From contig JALDTO010000155.1 in NCBI GenBank assembly GCA_023515725.1, forward strand, positions 62,001-126,000: a stretch of 64,000 nt of DNA, written 5' to 3'. How positions within the stretch are numbered: the first letter of the stretch is position 1; each line of letters starts with the position of its first letter. The position numbers were made by a program, and so were the translations under genes. This DNA is from Amoeboaphelidium protococcarum X5 (Eukaryota > Fungi > Aphelidiomycota). Below the pieces are notes generated by a model that did not search any database, was not told where the DNA came from, and saw only the letters and a program-made list of their open reading frames with translations. This document shows, piece by piece, positions 25,327 to 39,747 of the stretch.

Positions 25327-26403
25327 TCAGAGTAAAGTCACTTTTATAATTTCTCGACTCAGCCCTGGGCCGGGTGAAGTGAACACGGTCTCAATATGAA
25401 ATTGATTCTGACTCTGTATATACTCCTTGAACGAGTACAAATCTCCGGTGCACCCAAAGTATTAAGATTTACAGCTGAACAATGCAAAACCTTATTTGGA
25501 TAGAAGTTAAGTCATTATACGCGTCAACTTGTGATAATTCTTCTTGCAATACATCACCTCACTACCCAAGATCAAATCATACTTTCTACTCTCCGTCAGA
25601 TTGTCACAAGAATTTATGGCATCTGGCAGTTATTCCCAATCCCCAGCATAGAATCCTAATTCTATTCCATCAATACTAGAATCACCAAAAGCACTGACAG
25701 GTCGCGTTTCAATCTCCAAGTCTTACTGAGCGGGAACACGACCGTTATTACTTGCCGCCATCTCGCAACGCTCTTCATTCAACTATCGTGAATTGAGAAG
25801 GAAGTTGGGCATAGTGACCATTTCTATGACTTCTTTATTATAATCTTACACGTCGATAGTCTGCACGTATTGATTCCCGAATTACATACATGTGATTGAA
25901 GGCAGCGCGCTACCACAGCCAATTTCCAAAACGCGTAGAGGGCGTGATAGTAAAACATTGTGATTATGATCGACAGACTAAAAGAATTGATACAAGTACA
26001 GACATAAATCAATGCTACATTCCCAAGTCTTACATCCACCTTCATATACATTAGGTACCAGATCTGTGGCTGAGTGTTGCTTTATTATACGAGCAAAATA
26101 ATTATCGCTCTCACCCTCCATGTCATTATCATCCTACTGCATAATTTAAAATTATATATCATCATAACTTCTTTTGAAAAGAGTAAATTTATCACCAATA
26201 CGGACACACTCAGATACGACGTGCATTGATGTATCTCTCTCGACATCACCATCAATCACACCTTGATCAGTGCGAGTCTACTTGGCAAATATGACGCGTT
26301 TACAAGGCTTAGACGCGTATATATCAATTTATTAAGCCGATTCACTTAAATGTTTGTTCGTACTATTGCCAAAATCTAATTAGAATTCAAATTCCTATGT
26401 CAT
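25327..26403 (-). CDS. HPM1: Histidine protein methyltransferase (Hpm1/METTL18), 358 aa
   Basis: DLVPNVYEGGCKTWECSIDL, VLEIGCGSALP, QDYN, FYAGDW, KYDLILGSEVMY, YFGCTG; missed by the standard-code ORF track. Confidence 0.9.
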
Positions 26404-26576
26404 TATATTACTACTGATATTCCTGTATACTAACTAACCAATCACAACCCGAAATGCCTATATATTTAGTAAAATTTTCAAATTGATTAATATTAAACTT
26501 GTTTTGCATAAAAATTTAAAAAACTCTTGACACGCTCAATAAGTGTATATAAATAACACATCGTATATCATTAAAC

Positions 26577-27314
<738 letters not shown>

Positions 27315-27765
27315 CTATTTTATGATCTTTTTCGATAAAAATATAAAGAGATAATTAGTTAACGATGTCTGGGTAGATTAAAGAAGAAAAATTTTACTGC
27401 TGGAAGAGAAAGAGTGTTGAATCAAACAAGATCTCGCTTTCCTTCTGCGCTGGTTAAGTCGCCGTTCGTCTAAAGCAATGGAGTACTGTAGATAGCTTTA
27501 CGCTTAAGTGTACGCTTAAGGTACACATTTCGGGAGATGCTAAGCGTAATTACTGGGGAAAGAATTTTGTTAGTCTTTTATTTGAGAATATTTGTAAGGC
27601 CAGCGCACTGTCTAATCAAAGCTGGCTACGCGCCTCGATGTGAAAGAGTCCGCCAGTTCCATTTGTGACCTCTCTATCCTGAAGTAGGAAAGGAAATCTA
27701 GCTATAAGAGGCAAGCGCAGTTATAATTGAAGAATATTAAAAAGAGAGATCACGTTTAAAATAAT

Positions 27766-28320
27766 TTGACGCTTGATTAGAATGGTGCACTTGACGTTGT
27801 TGTGAAGGATAGAAAAAACGCGTTCATCACTGGATTCGCTTATTAGTGGAAAGTCTGTTGTGGTTAATGCGATTAGAAGACACATCGACTCTGATAAGCG
27901 TTTAAGGATTAGCTATCGAGTATTAGCTGCCACTAATAGCGCTGCTAAACGCGTCAATGGCCACACTCTTCACCGGACATTTGGCATCCCTTTTGGTGCA
28001 GAGTCTGATGATAGATTTTAAATAAGCGTGAGAGCCAATGTTAGGAAGGACATCAAGTCGATTAATCTGAATAATTATTGACGAAATTTCGCTGATATCC
28101 GACCGAATGTTAGATTTGCTGGATCGTTATTTAAGATTTATACATAGTAATGAGTTGGATTTTGTTGGTGTGTAAATGGTCTTTGTGGGTGAATTTGCGC
28201 AATTGGCACCAAGACACCATGGTTATGCTTTATTAGTCTCGTCATTGGGAGCGACATATGAACTCCTACCACTACTTCACACAAATCCATAGATAAAGGT
28301 ATATGAGTATGATTAATGCG
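27766..28320 (+). pseudogene. PIF1-family (SF1B) helicase relic
   Basis: AFITG-[frameshift]-SGKS, LAATNSAAKRVNGHTLHRTFGI, IIIDEISLIS, GVQMVFVGEFAQLAP; several frameshifts. Confidence 0.8.
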
Positions 28321-29669
28321 CTGAATGAGTGTTGATTGCGAAGACAGTGTTATGAGTTATATCTGTAGAGACAATAGAATTTCTAGAGATTAAATTCTAA
28401 TGGGACGCAATTTCAATATCAGTGGGATGCAGTGTTTCAAATGTTTGATGTAGATGGAGGACCTTACAAAATTATAGATGTTGACAATCAAGAATGTTTA
28501 AGTGTTGAAAGATTTTACTGGCTCAATATTGAAATAGGCATGTGCCTAGGGAGCATCTCAAAGTTAGATTGTAAAACTGTGATGATCTGTCAGTGTTGGA
28601 TGGTTGACGCCAATCTGAATCACTGTCGCTCGAATAAAGAATACTTTGAACTTCTGGCTCGTTAGAAGACGCTAGTTGCTTCAGAGGACTTATTGAAATC
28701 GTTGGAGAGCTTAAGTAGTCCTTCATATTCTCATGGTAGTGATACAGAGATTGGGATCCAAAAGTTTGAAGATTATGATATGGTTGCTTAGATAAATGTG
28801 TAAATTCAAACACGAACTGAAAATGTGTGTTGACCGATACCTCGCAGGAATCTGCTCTCGTTCAGTAATGTAATAGGAAGCTTCGTTCTGCTGCGCGGCG
28901 CGAATATGGCTTTATGGAACGCAACGCTCAAGTCACTTCTATCAAAGGCTAAACTCTTCGCTGTATACCTTCAAGGCGCGGATACTCTGTCCTCCTAGCT
29001 GTAAAGGTTTGCAACTAAATTGCGCAACTATCTGAAACAATCAACATCATGATGCTTTCTTCCTGTAAAGTATATAGCTGCAGAGAATAGGTAAACCATC
29101 TGGATATAATTGCTCCTGTTTTTGCGAGATGATAGCACGTCTGAAGATACTGATACGCGTGGACGTACCACTCTAGGCCCAGGCTGCGTCAACCGATGGT
29201 GACAAGAGTTGAGTTTGTTCAGTTGAAATCAGATGTTGATTTATTGAAAGCTGATGTGGCAGAGTTGAACAATAACGTAGTCTTGATTCTGCGGATGGTA
29301 CAAAGGAATCCTACATCGCGACCGTCAAAGAATGCCATAGTATGATGTAGTAATAAGTTAAAAAATATATATATTGTTTATTCTCATATTACTTATCCCT
29401 TTTATCCCTTCACCTCAACAGATAATATTGTATTGTCTATCCAAGGCTCAATGAAACGTTAATGCTGAGGAGAGCCGAATACTGTAACACTTTGAAACGC
29501 GTCATGTGAAAAAGGTGAATATAGCTCTTTCTCTCTATCTCTTAAGCTGCTAAACGGTGTCACCAAGAACAAGCGAAAATATTTTGATCAATTTTCTCTA
29601 TTCTACCGAATCTACTATCATTCTGTCATCAACCTTCTGAACTCTTTATCGATTATTACTCACTTGATA

Positions 29670-32600
29670 ATGGATTCTGAGAACAAGTAGCATAGACCAA
29701 AGTAGGCTGGCAAGAAGGTGGATAAGAAGAAACGCGTCAGCACGGCAAAGAACAATCCTAAAGCTTTCGCGTTTGCCAATTCTGGAAAGGCTAATCGGAC
29801 TGGTAGGAGAAATGCAGATATATCTGAGCGTAGATTGCACGTCCCTCTGGTTGATAGAACTCCTGAGCAGTAACCGCCAGTTATTGTTGCTGTTGTCGGT
29901 CCTCCAAAGGTATGATTTATTCATTTTCTGGTTATAGTGCAGTGCTTTGGTTTAATCGATGAGGATACGCGTTGAGTTATGGACTCTATCCTTGATTCAC
30001 TAGTATTTGGCGATCGACTTTCATGAATAGTCGTGTCACCTAACGGAATAGTGATAAATCAATATGTAATCTATAATTGTCGATACTATAAGGTGAATTG
30101 ATTACAAGTTTATATCAATTTGTGTAAGTCATCGATACATTTATTACCTTTATGATATGTATTTCCTCATTGGATTAAAGCACTGCACCATAGCTCTTTA
30201 TATGTATATTAACTCCTTCTTATTCACTAATGTTGACACTGTGTAGACTGGTAAAAGTACACTGATCAAGTGCCTGGTGAAGAGATATACAAAGCAAAGT
30301 CTTACTGAAATCAAAGGCCCCGTGACCGTAGTAGCTGGTAAGAAGAAGAGATTAACTTTTATTGAATGCTCCAATGATATCAATGCCATGGTGGATATCG
30401 CCAAGATTGCTGATCTGGTCATATTGACAGTGGACGCGTCATTTGGCTTTGAGATGGAGACTTTTGAGTTTTTGAACATTGTGCAGAGCCACGGATTCCC
30501 CCGTATTATTGGCGTGCTCACCCACTTGGACTCTCCTAAATTTCTGGCCAGGAACAATGGAGTCAAGAAGTTGAAGGCTGTGAAGAAGAAGTTGAAGCAC
30601 AGGTTCTGGACTGAGATCTATCAGGGTGCCAAGTTGTTCTACCTATCCGGTCTTCTTCATGGAACCAAGTATCCCAAGAATGAGATTCTTAATTTGAGCA
30701 GATTTATCAGTGTCACCAAGTTCCGGCCTCTGATATTCAGGAATACTCACTCTTACGTGCTGTGTGATAGATTTGAAGACCTGACGCCGGAAGAGGAGAT
30801 ATTTCGTACCAAGGAGAAGTGTGATAGAACCATATCATTGTATGGCTACGCGAGAGGTACCAGGATGCGTAATAAGATGAATGTGCACTTGGCTGGAGTT
30901 GGTGATTTCTAGGTGGATAATATCAGTGCTCTACCCGATCCATGTCCGTGTCCATCTACTCTCCGGGAGGTGACCAAGAGACGTCTTGATGAGAAGTAGA
31001 TTTCTGTGTACGCACCCATGTCTAATCTGGGTGGTATCATGTATGACAAGGATGCGGTCTATATCTCAGTACCCGGGTATCTCAGTAAGAAGGAAGATAT
31101 GCCAGTTAGAAGTGCAGTGGATGAAGCAGAGCACGGTGGTGATCAGGATGGAGGAAATGACCCTGCCTTGATCGAAGCTCTCTAGAATGTGTAAAAGACT
31201 GAAGGTGAGCAGTTGATCACGAACATGTAAAGCACATAGAAGACGCTGGCTGAATAGTTGTAAGGCTCTCAACTGAGATTGTTCAGTAAATCTAAAGCAT
31301 TAAAGTCTGATGAATGGAAAACGAAAGTGGATGAGGAGGAGCAGTTTAGTTCTGAAGACAGTAGTGAAGATACGGATGAAGATGCATCTGCAATTAAGTA
31401 GAGATATCCCATTGAGCAGCAGGAGGTTGAGTAAAGTGGCCGCGTTAGAAGAAGAGCAGTTTTTGGCGATAATGATTCTGAAGTGGATGAGGAGGATGAT
31501 GATTAAGATGAAGAAGATTTATAGTCTGATATTGAAGGTGAAATCTCAGAATCTAAATAGAGAGGTGTCGAAGAGGATGATTTTGCTAATGCCGTATAGG
31601 AGGAGGATATTGACTTTGCTGATAGTGATAGCGATATTGGAGAGTTGTCAGATGAAGATCTTTTGTTGAATGGAGATGATGGTGAGGATCTGCCTTATAA
31701 GTCTGATAATGATAATGATAATGATGAAGATGGTGCGTTGGAAGTCTCTATGGAGTGGAAGAAGAAATTGTAAGAGAAGGCGGAGAGTACTTTCAAGGCG
31801 AGTTCTATCGTCAATCTGATGGATCTGGTGTATGGCTCCACTCAGGGTGACTCGAAATTGAATAACACGCGCAAGCCTTTGGATTCTGTTGGTAATTTCT
31901 TGAAGAGGGTCGATCAAGATTCTTCAAAGTAATAATAATAATGGAGTCAATCTCAACAGTCAGTGGAAGATTATTAGGCCGTAGACGGTAATCTCGATGA
32001 CTGGATGGATTCGAGAAAGTTGGAATCCATTAGAAATAGATTTATCACTGGTGCATTAGATGGTGCAGGTGATGGCGAAGACAATATGGAGTCTTTTGAA
32101 GGAGATGATATGGTAGCCGACGATGAAGAAGAAGTGTATGGCGATTTTGAGGATTTGGAACCTGATAGTTCAGAAGAAAGCGCACCATCAATGATGGATA
32201 AATAGTCTAATATGTCCTCCTCCAATAGTGCAGATGATGATGCTTAACTGGCAGAGATTTAAAAGAAGAAGGAGTAACTGAAGAAAAAGTTTGATGCCGA
32301 GTATGACAATAAGGGTAATGGAGGAAGTTTAGGCGTGGATGATCTTGATGAAGATGGAACTATGGATCAGCCTGAGCCAGCAACCTATTACGACAAGGTG
32401 AAGAGTGAAATGGCCAAGTAGAAGTAGATCAACACTGAAGAATTTGAGCAGGATGATGTTGACATGAGATCAAAGGTTGAAGGTTATTTACCTGGATAAT
32501 ATGTCCGAATCATTATTAAAGGAGTACCTGCTGAATTTGTCCAGAATTTTGATGCCACTTATCCAATACTGCTCGGCGGTCTCCTCCCTAATGAAGAGAA

Positions 32601-33705
32601 GATGGGCTTTCTACAGGTTCGTATTAAGAAGCATCGTTGGTACAAGAGAATTTTGAAGACTAATGATCCTCTGATATTCTCACTTGGTTGGAGAAGATTC
32701 TAGTCAATGCCGCAGTACTCTTTGAATGACAATACGCGTAATCGCCTGCTGAAGTACACCCCTGAGCATATGCATTGTCTGGCCACATTCTATGGTCCAC
32801 TATCAGCTGCTAATACTGGATTCTGCTGTTTTCAGTCTGTGAGTGAGTTATCATCAGATTTCCGTATTGCTGCCACAGGTGTGGTGTTGGAAAATGATTA
32901 GAATTTCCAGATTGTGAAGAAGTTGAAGTTGACAGGCCATCCTTTTATTATCAAGAGAAAAACGGCGTTCATCAAGGATATGTTCACGTCCGCTCTCGAA
33001 GTGGCCAAATTTGAAGGCGCTAGTATTCGTACAGTCTCCGGTATACGTGGCCAGGTGAAGAAGTATGTCAAGACTGTGCCTGGTGCATTTCGTGCCACCT
33101 TCGAGGATAAGATTATAATGTCTGATATTGTGTTTCTGAAGTGTTGGTACCCGGTGAAAGCTAACAAGTATTACAATCCGGTGACTAATATGCTACTGGC
33201 GTAGAGTTCCAAGTCTGAGTGGAAGGGTATGAGATTGATCAGAGATGTGCGTCATGATAACAAGATTCCTATCCCTCGCAATACAGACTCTGAGTACAAG
33301 TCCATCACTGATCGTCCGGAAGTCAGAAAGTTTAACAAGCTGAAGATTCCTAAAGCGATTATGAAGGAGCTTCCATATTCCACACGTCCAAAGTCTGATG
33401 TGAAGCGTGCATCTAACAAGCCGCTTTACTCTCAGAAGAGAGCGGTGATTTTAGAGCCAAAGGAGAAGAAGATCTACACTCTCCTGCAGCAGATTAATAC
33501 CATCAAGAATGAGAAGGAGGCCAAGCGTAAAGCTACAGATGCCAAGAAGAAGATTGAGCGTATGAAGAAGTTGAAGATGGAAGAGCAGTTGGACGAAGAG
33601 ATGAATAGAAAGCGCAAGAAGGAGACTTTTAAGAAGATGGCCATGTAGTAGAAGAAGAACGAGGATGCCATGTCATCTGGCAAGTATAAGAAGAGAAAGA
33701 CGTGA
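29670..33705 (+). CDS. BMS1: Ribosome biogenesis GTPase Bms1; exons 29670-29909 and 30247-33705
   Basis: NPKAFAF, HVPLVDR, VVGPPK^TGKSTL (GT-AG intron inside the P-loop), [56 protein letters not shown]. Confidence 0.97.
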
Positions 33706-33740
33706 AAGATTTGAGAGTATAATTAAACAGCGGATCGCAC

Positions 33741-36700
33741 TCATTTTAAGCGTTTACTATTACTTCCACTGTACGATAAGAGCAACTTTACTTCAGCCAG
33801 CTGCTCTTCCAGTCTGTTTCTGGCTTTATGCTGAGTTGAGGTGTGAGATTGTAGTTCGGAGAGCGTACCTTTCAAATTCAGTATCTACTACTTGGCCATT
33901 TAGTAAGCTTGAGTGACAAGATTCAGCTACTTCATACACTCCTAATACTTTCGCGTCTACACACTATCTTCACGCTCAGTCAGCTATCGAATCTTCCTAT
34001 CAGCACTCTGCTAAGCACGTTCAATTTTCAATCGAGCATCATGCAGCAGATTCAACTTTTGCAGAGCCATCTTGGCCATTTCTTAATCTTCTGCTGCAAA
34101 GCGACCAACTTACAGAGACTGAGTCATCAGCCGTTCGTACTTTAACAACAGCTGCCTATTGGACTCAACGTGATGATTGTAGAAATGTTTGTCGCTTTCA
34201 ATCTAATTGACCAGAGACTGCTTCTCATCCTTCCACTAAGCAAGATCTTGCGCATGCTTCTCCTCTAATAACTTTAGCTAATACTGCAACTGCTGGATCT
34301 GAGCTTGCAATTTCATAGTCTAACCACTAATGAAAGAATCCTTCCTGTCTTGTACACTAATCATTCTTCTCTTGCTAGAATCTAGAGCTGCCAATGGTGG
34401 AGGAATCGGGTGATCAAACTATTTCTGCTACTATTACTATTATTTGACTGGCTACTCTTGCAGCGCAATTTTCTATTTAAGAGCCAGAATTTATTCGACA
34501 TTTAAATCGGTACCTCCATCAGATGCAGCCACTGTCTAATCAAGCAGATTATCCAACTCTTCGTAATCCAATCTCAATTTATCAAACTCAGATTAGACTC
34601 GATTCAGCTAATCGGAAAGTGCAGAGGCTTTCTAACGTTCTGCATCCAAAATAGTGACTTCCATCTATAGCTAGGCACAATTCTTTTCCAAGTCAATAAC
34701 TCTGTTTGTATACACCGAAGATTGCATTTGAAAATCAGCCACAACCTTCTTAGTCTGAGAGAGTTCATCCTATTACATGCCATGAATCAGGGTCAGTTCT
34801 CGATACTTGTCCTCCACCGCCTTCTTCGCTTACTCAAGAGATTATAGCTATTACCTCATTAGTGAGACTGCAGCAGAATCACTCTGCATCTTTTCATATG
34901 ATTTGAGGAGACCTTGCAGCTCCTACGCGTATCTTGAACAATTATCAGCTGCGCTATCCAGCATAGACACCACACGTTGACCCAGAGAATTCTCTATAGC
35001 ACTCTTCAACGCGGCAAAAACTCTCTTCCACACTTTGCTTGACGGACCACTGGACAGATGTTACTCTGTTATCGAATGCAACTTCTCCGTGAAAGACTTC
35101 ATGGTGGTTGGAATCTCATCAAGATCATCCCAGACGGCCTCCATCTTGGACAGGTACACTTCAGGCTTGACGTTCGCGAGACTACTAGACTTGCGTCTTC
35201 TCTCTTGCGTCGTAGGAGACTGGATAATCAGAGCGTCATCAAGTCTATTCACAAGCATATCAGCAGTATCCTCAACATCCTTCTTCCATCTCAGACATTC
35301 ATTTAATTACTGCTGCACTTTAAAATTTTAAGCCACCAACACATCTTTCTCCCTTTCCAAATCCATCTTGAGAGCATTAGATTCATTCAGGGAGGAGACC
35401 TGCTCACGCAACTCCCTCTCAGTCTTGCTCAATTTCTTCTTCAAAGACTGCGCAGAATCACCCAATTTACCATACTCTTCCTTAAGAAGGTCGTATTTTA
35501 CGCGCAGATCAGCAATCTACTTTTCCAACTAGTCCTGATTGAAATTCATTGAACTCTCCACCTTTCGCTGTGCATCTGCCAACTTGTTCTCCAAATCAGC
35601 TTTGGTGCGGAGTAGCTGATAAATTTTCTCGCTCTACTCATTCAATTTAGTCTTGCTCTCCTCCGCCTGAATAGTCAGATCGAACATCTCCGCTGTGGCA
35701 CGTTCACGCTCCTTCTCCACTGCCTTCTACGCCTCATTCAACTCCTTCTGCAGATACTCAAATTCATCCTTGGCTTTTGATAACAGCCTATCTCTATTCT
35801 CCACTGAAGTCATCTTATCTTTCAACTGTGACTGCAGGGATCTTATCTCGGCTTTATCAGTAGAGTTGGCCTCAAACATTTGCTTATCAGCATTCAAGAG
35901 ATCACTCTTGGCCTTGGCGAGATCTTTAGTCAGATGGGCAATTACATCATTCAATTCTCTTTCTTTATTCATGAAAGCAGTAAGCTATTCCTCACGCTAC
36001 TTTAACTCTTTGCTCAATTTAGACTCTATTTCCACGTACTTATCACATGAGCGCTGAGATTCAGTCAATTTCAACTAGACAGCAGAATATAGCTACTTCA
36101 GAGTAGATAACTCTTGAGTGACTGTTTGATTGAGAGCGGCCACTTCAGCTTTCTCTTTACTTACTTGTCCAACACGAAATTCCAGCTAATCAACTTGTGA
36201 CTATAATTCCACACAGCTAGAATAAGAAGATTCAATCTCCTACTGCAAAATCTTATTGCTATTTCTCTCCTAATCTAAATTCTGCTAAATGATCGACATG
36301 TACTCATTAGATTACTGCCCATTGAATGCCTTCAAAGCGGACAACTCATAATTCAACTGATCGATTTTAGACACATAATTAGCCATGGACACTTCCATAC
36401 GCTAACTATCAGATTAGAATATTTTGCACTTGCTTTATAAACCTTAATTTTCCGTCAACAAATCATCTCTCTACCTAGATACCCGATTAATTTACACCTT
36501 CAATGCTTCAATGTCAGCCAATAGCTTGGATTCCTTCACTTTAAACTGATCCAATTCCAATTTCATAGCTAGAGATTAGTCATCTTTAGATCGAGTCAGA
36601 GCATCTGTCTACGAATCTTATAGTCGGTTCAAATTAGCCTCTAACATAACTATTTACTGTTTAGATGCAATCAACTACGTCTCTAATTTGGTCTTCTCAC

Positions 36701-39425
36701 TTGCCAGAGCCGCCATATCACCTTCTAACTCTTTCCTGCCTGCAATCTCAAGATTAAGTCTATGCTGAACCGCATTCAGCTCTGACGAAAGCTCAACATA
36801 CAGCTGCTCTTTGCTAGAGAACGGCTCCTCCCCGATGGAAGAGAGAGAATGATTACCAGAGTGCCGATTAGATCTATTACTTGACGCGTTCACCTCCATG
36901 TAAAGACGCTCTTTATCCTCAGCCTCTCTACGCAGCAGAGCCAGCTTCTGATTACCATTCTCAAGCTCCTGCCTCATTGATTTCAACTTTTCATCAGACT
37001 CCACCTACTTCTACAACATTTCTCGTCTCAACTTAAAATTCTCTTCATCCTTGGTCTTCAGATCCTTAACGAGAGATGCGATTTACTCTGAGCTTACAAC
37101 ATTCACATTCTTGCCGCCATTGTTGGATAAATGAGACAGAAGTTCCACCTACTTCTTTAGATCCTGATTAGATTAAATCGCTTTTGCTAGATTCACTTGT
37201 AACTACTCATTGTCAGTCTTTTACTCACTTAAATCAGACTCCAATTCAACAATTTATATATCCTTAGCCTACACCTATGATCTCAGAGAAGATGACGCCT
37301 ATTGACTATCAGTAAACTACTTTTACAGCAACAACTTTTCATTCTATACAGACTTGAGATTGTCTTATAACTCAGAAATTTCTTTAGTCTAAGAAGCTTT
37401 AAGACTATCATTCTAAGCATCCAACTGCTAAATCTTGAGCAAAGCCTCCTGCAATTCAGCATTCATCTGACCGGAAGATTAAATAGTCATGTTGGCACTT
37501 GAGTTCTACACATCCAAAGACTGCTGCTCATACTGAGTCTTCAATAACGCGAACTGGGTGATCATATCCCGTGCGGCATCCAAAGCCTACTAAGGCATTT
37601 GATCCTCATTTTCAGAATCACCAATCTCAACCAGGCCGGATAACACAAAAGTATTCATTAACTCAGCAATAGTGTCTTTTAAATGGCGATTCTTCTCCTC
37701 CAACTAAAGATACTTGTGAACCTACTGTGGATTCAAAGCATCTGACATATTCTCTGGGTATTGAGATTTCTACTATTACTAAGAGTGGGACTCGTTATTA
37801 TTAACCTAGCCAGATATCCCGACACTTTTCGACTTGAACAGATTACTAGCATTAGACACAGACAGCTAAGACTTTGACTTGACAGAATTTTAAGACTTTC
37901 TATCATTGAATAGTTCATCGCCTGATGATTTAGTAGATTAATGCAGAGGCTGAGAACCAAACATATCAACATCATCCGATGAGTGCACATTAGTCTCGTA
38001 TGTGCTATTCTAATTACTCTATGCAATCATGGACAATTTACGCGGCATACTAATGGTTGTAGCGACCACACTTTTAACAGAGCCACGCCTGGACAAGGGA
38101 TTATATACCACAGTCTCTTCAACTCCTTTGTTGTTAATCACAACCTCAGGAATCATCAGACTCTTTCTAGATGACTCTTAATTATCAACAATGATGCGCG
38201 GCATCGTATACGTCTAATGAGCAGAGGAATTAGAAGGTTAACTATTGCCATGTGGATGTGGCATAGTTGAGAAATTCTTGCCATTAGCACTCATAGACTC
38301 ATTAAAATTATCAGCTGCTCCACCATCACCCAAAGTCAACTCGCGGCTACTGATAATATCTTCTACATCATCCTCAGCTTCATAATTTCGTCTAGCATTG
38401 GCATTAACAAGCAATTTGTAGATGGCAACAGCTGGCACTGAATCTTCATCAATGGAGTTATCGTTCTTCAGATCTTCTTGCACATCAGTCATTGCATCTT
38501 TGGCATATTCCAACGGAGATAGTCCAGAGTAATCCAGTGTATCCATATCAATCCCCTTGTCAATCAGGGCTTTGCATATATCATAACACTGCTCAATAAC
38601 TGCATGATGAAGAGCATTCCTCTTACTTCTATCTAGGAGTTGCAGATTGCAATTGTTCTTTATCAGAAACTGAGCGACATCGTAATGGCGACGCAGGATG
38701 CTCTCAATCAGAATAGGCTCACCACTGCTAGTATTAATTTCATTTACATTCGCACCTCTCAGGATTAAAACGGTGCATACAGCGAGATCATCGTTGTACA
38801 TTGCATAGTGTAGCGGTGACTTTCCGTGCTTATCAATTACATTTAGAGCGGCAGTGCTTTCATTCATCAGCACGCGTAACAGATCAATTCTCTAAGTAAT
38901 TACTGCAAGACACAGCGGAGTTCGCCCATCCGAGTCAACTGCATTAATTGCACTCAAGATATCTTTGGCATTAGAAGTATCCACAGCCATCTTTGCGAAC
39001 TCAGTCCTGCCTAGCAGTGCACTCCAATGAAACAGATTTCTAACACATTTTTTATCCGCCTGGCCCAGATCTGCCTTCTTCTTGCTGATCAACTCTCGAA
39101 ACTTCTCTTAATCTTCCTGAAACAGAGCTTTCAAGATGGACGGCAGACCTTTGACAAAATCTTTGTTGTCGACGTAATCCTGAATCTGTGGGATATTATT
39201 ATCTTCATCCTGACGCGACGACTGCTGTTACTGCAAGCCAGTAGGGGAAGCTTGGTCCTTGACTGAGGCTTTGGATGATCTTCTACCAAAGTTGACGAAT
39301 GATGATATCGATCCGCGGCGTTCTCTTTTCTCTCCGCCTTCCTACCGCGATCCAGAGTCGGGCGAGAGTGTCTGCTTATTGTTACTGTTGTTGTTACCAC
39401 TACTTGATGATTTGATCTTGAACAT
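33741..39425 (-). CDS. Ankyrin-repeat protein with very long coiled-coil C-terminus, ~1894 aa
   Basis: ORF pieces 38892, 38238, 36675, 35727 and 35061 are all in frame with ATG 39425; ankyrin motifs DGRTPLCLA, HGKSPLHYA, SGLSPLEYA; Q/E/K/L-rich heptads. Confidence 0.8.
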
Positions 39426-39747
39426 TTATCACTATTCTTTGTATGCAAATTCTGAAACAGTAGTGATTATTTGAGATTGATTCTTCTCAGTCTAACTGAA
39501 TTAAAAAATAATACAACGGTATTTTGAATAAAACAACTTGAATCAACATCAGCACAGATTGTCAATGTAGATGTTGCCAAGGTGCTGATTGTTAATCTCC
39601 AAGCGATGGCTCATACTGAGGAAAGAAAAGGGTTGCCTTAATCGTAAGTGTTCAATTAACTCCTAAAAATTTTTACAGTATCAACTGGATTACTTCACGT
39701 AGAATTTTGAATTAGAACATTCATCTAAATTCATTCATTCTGATAAT

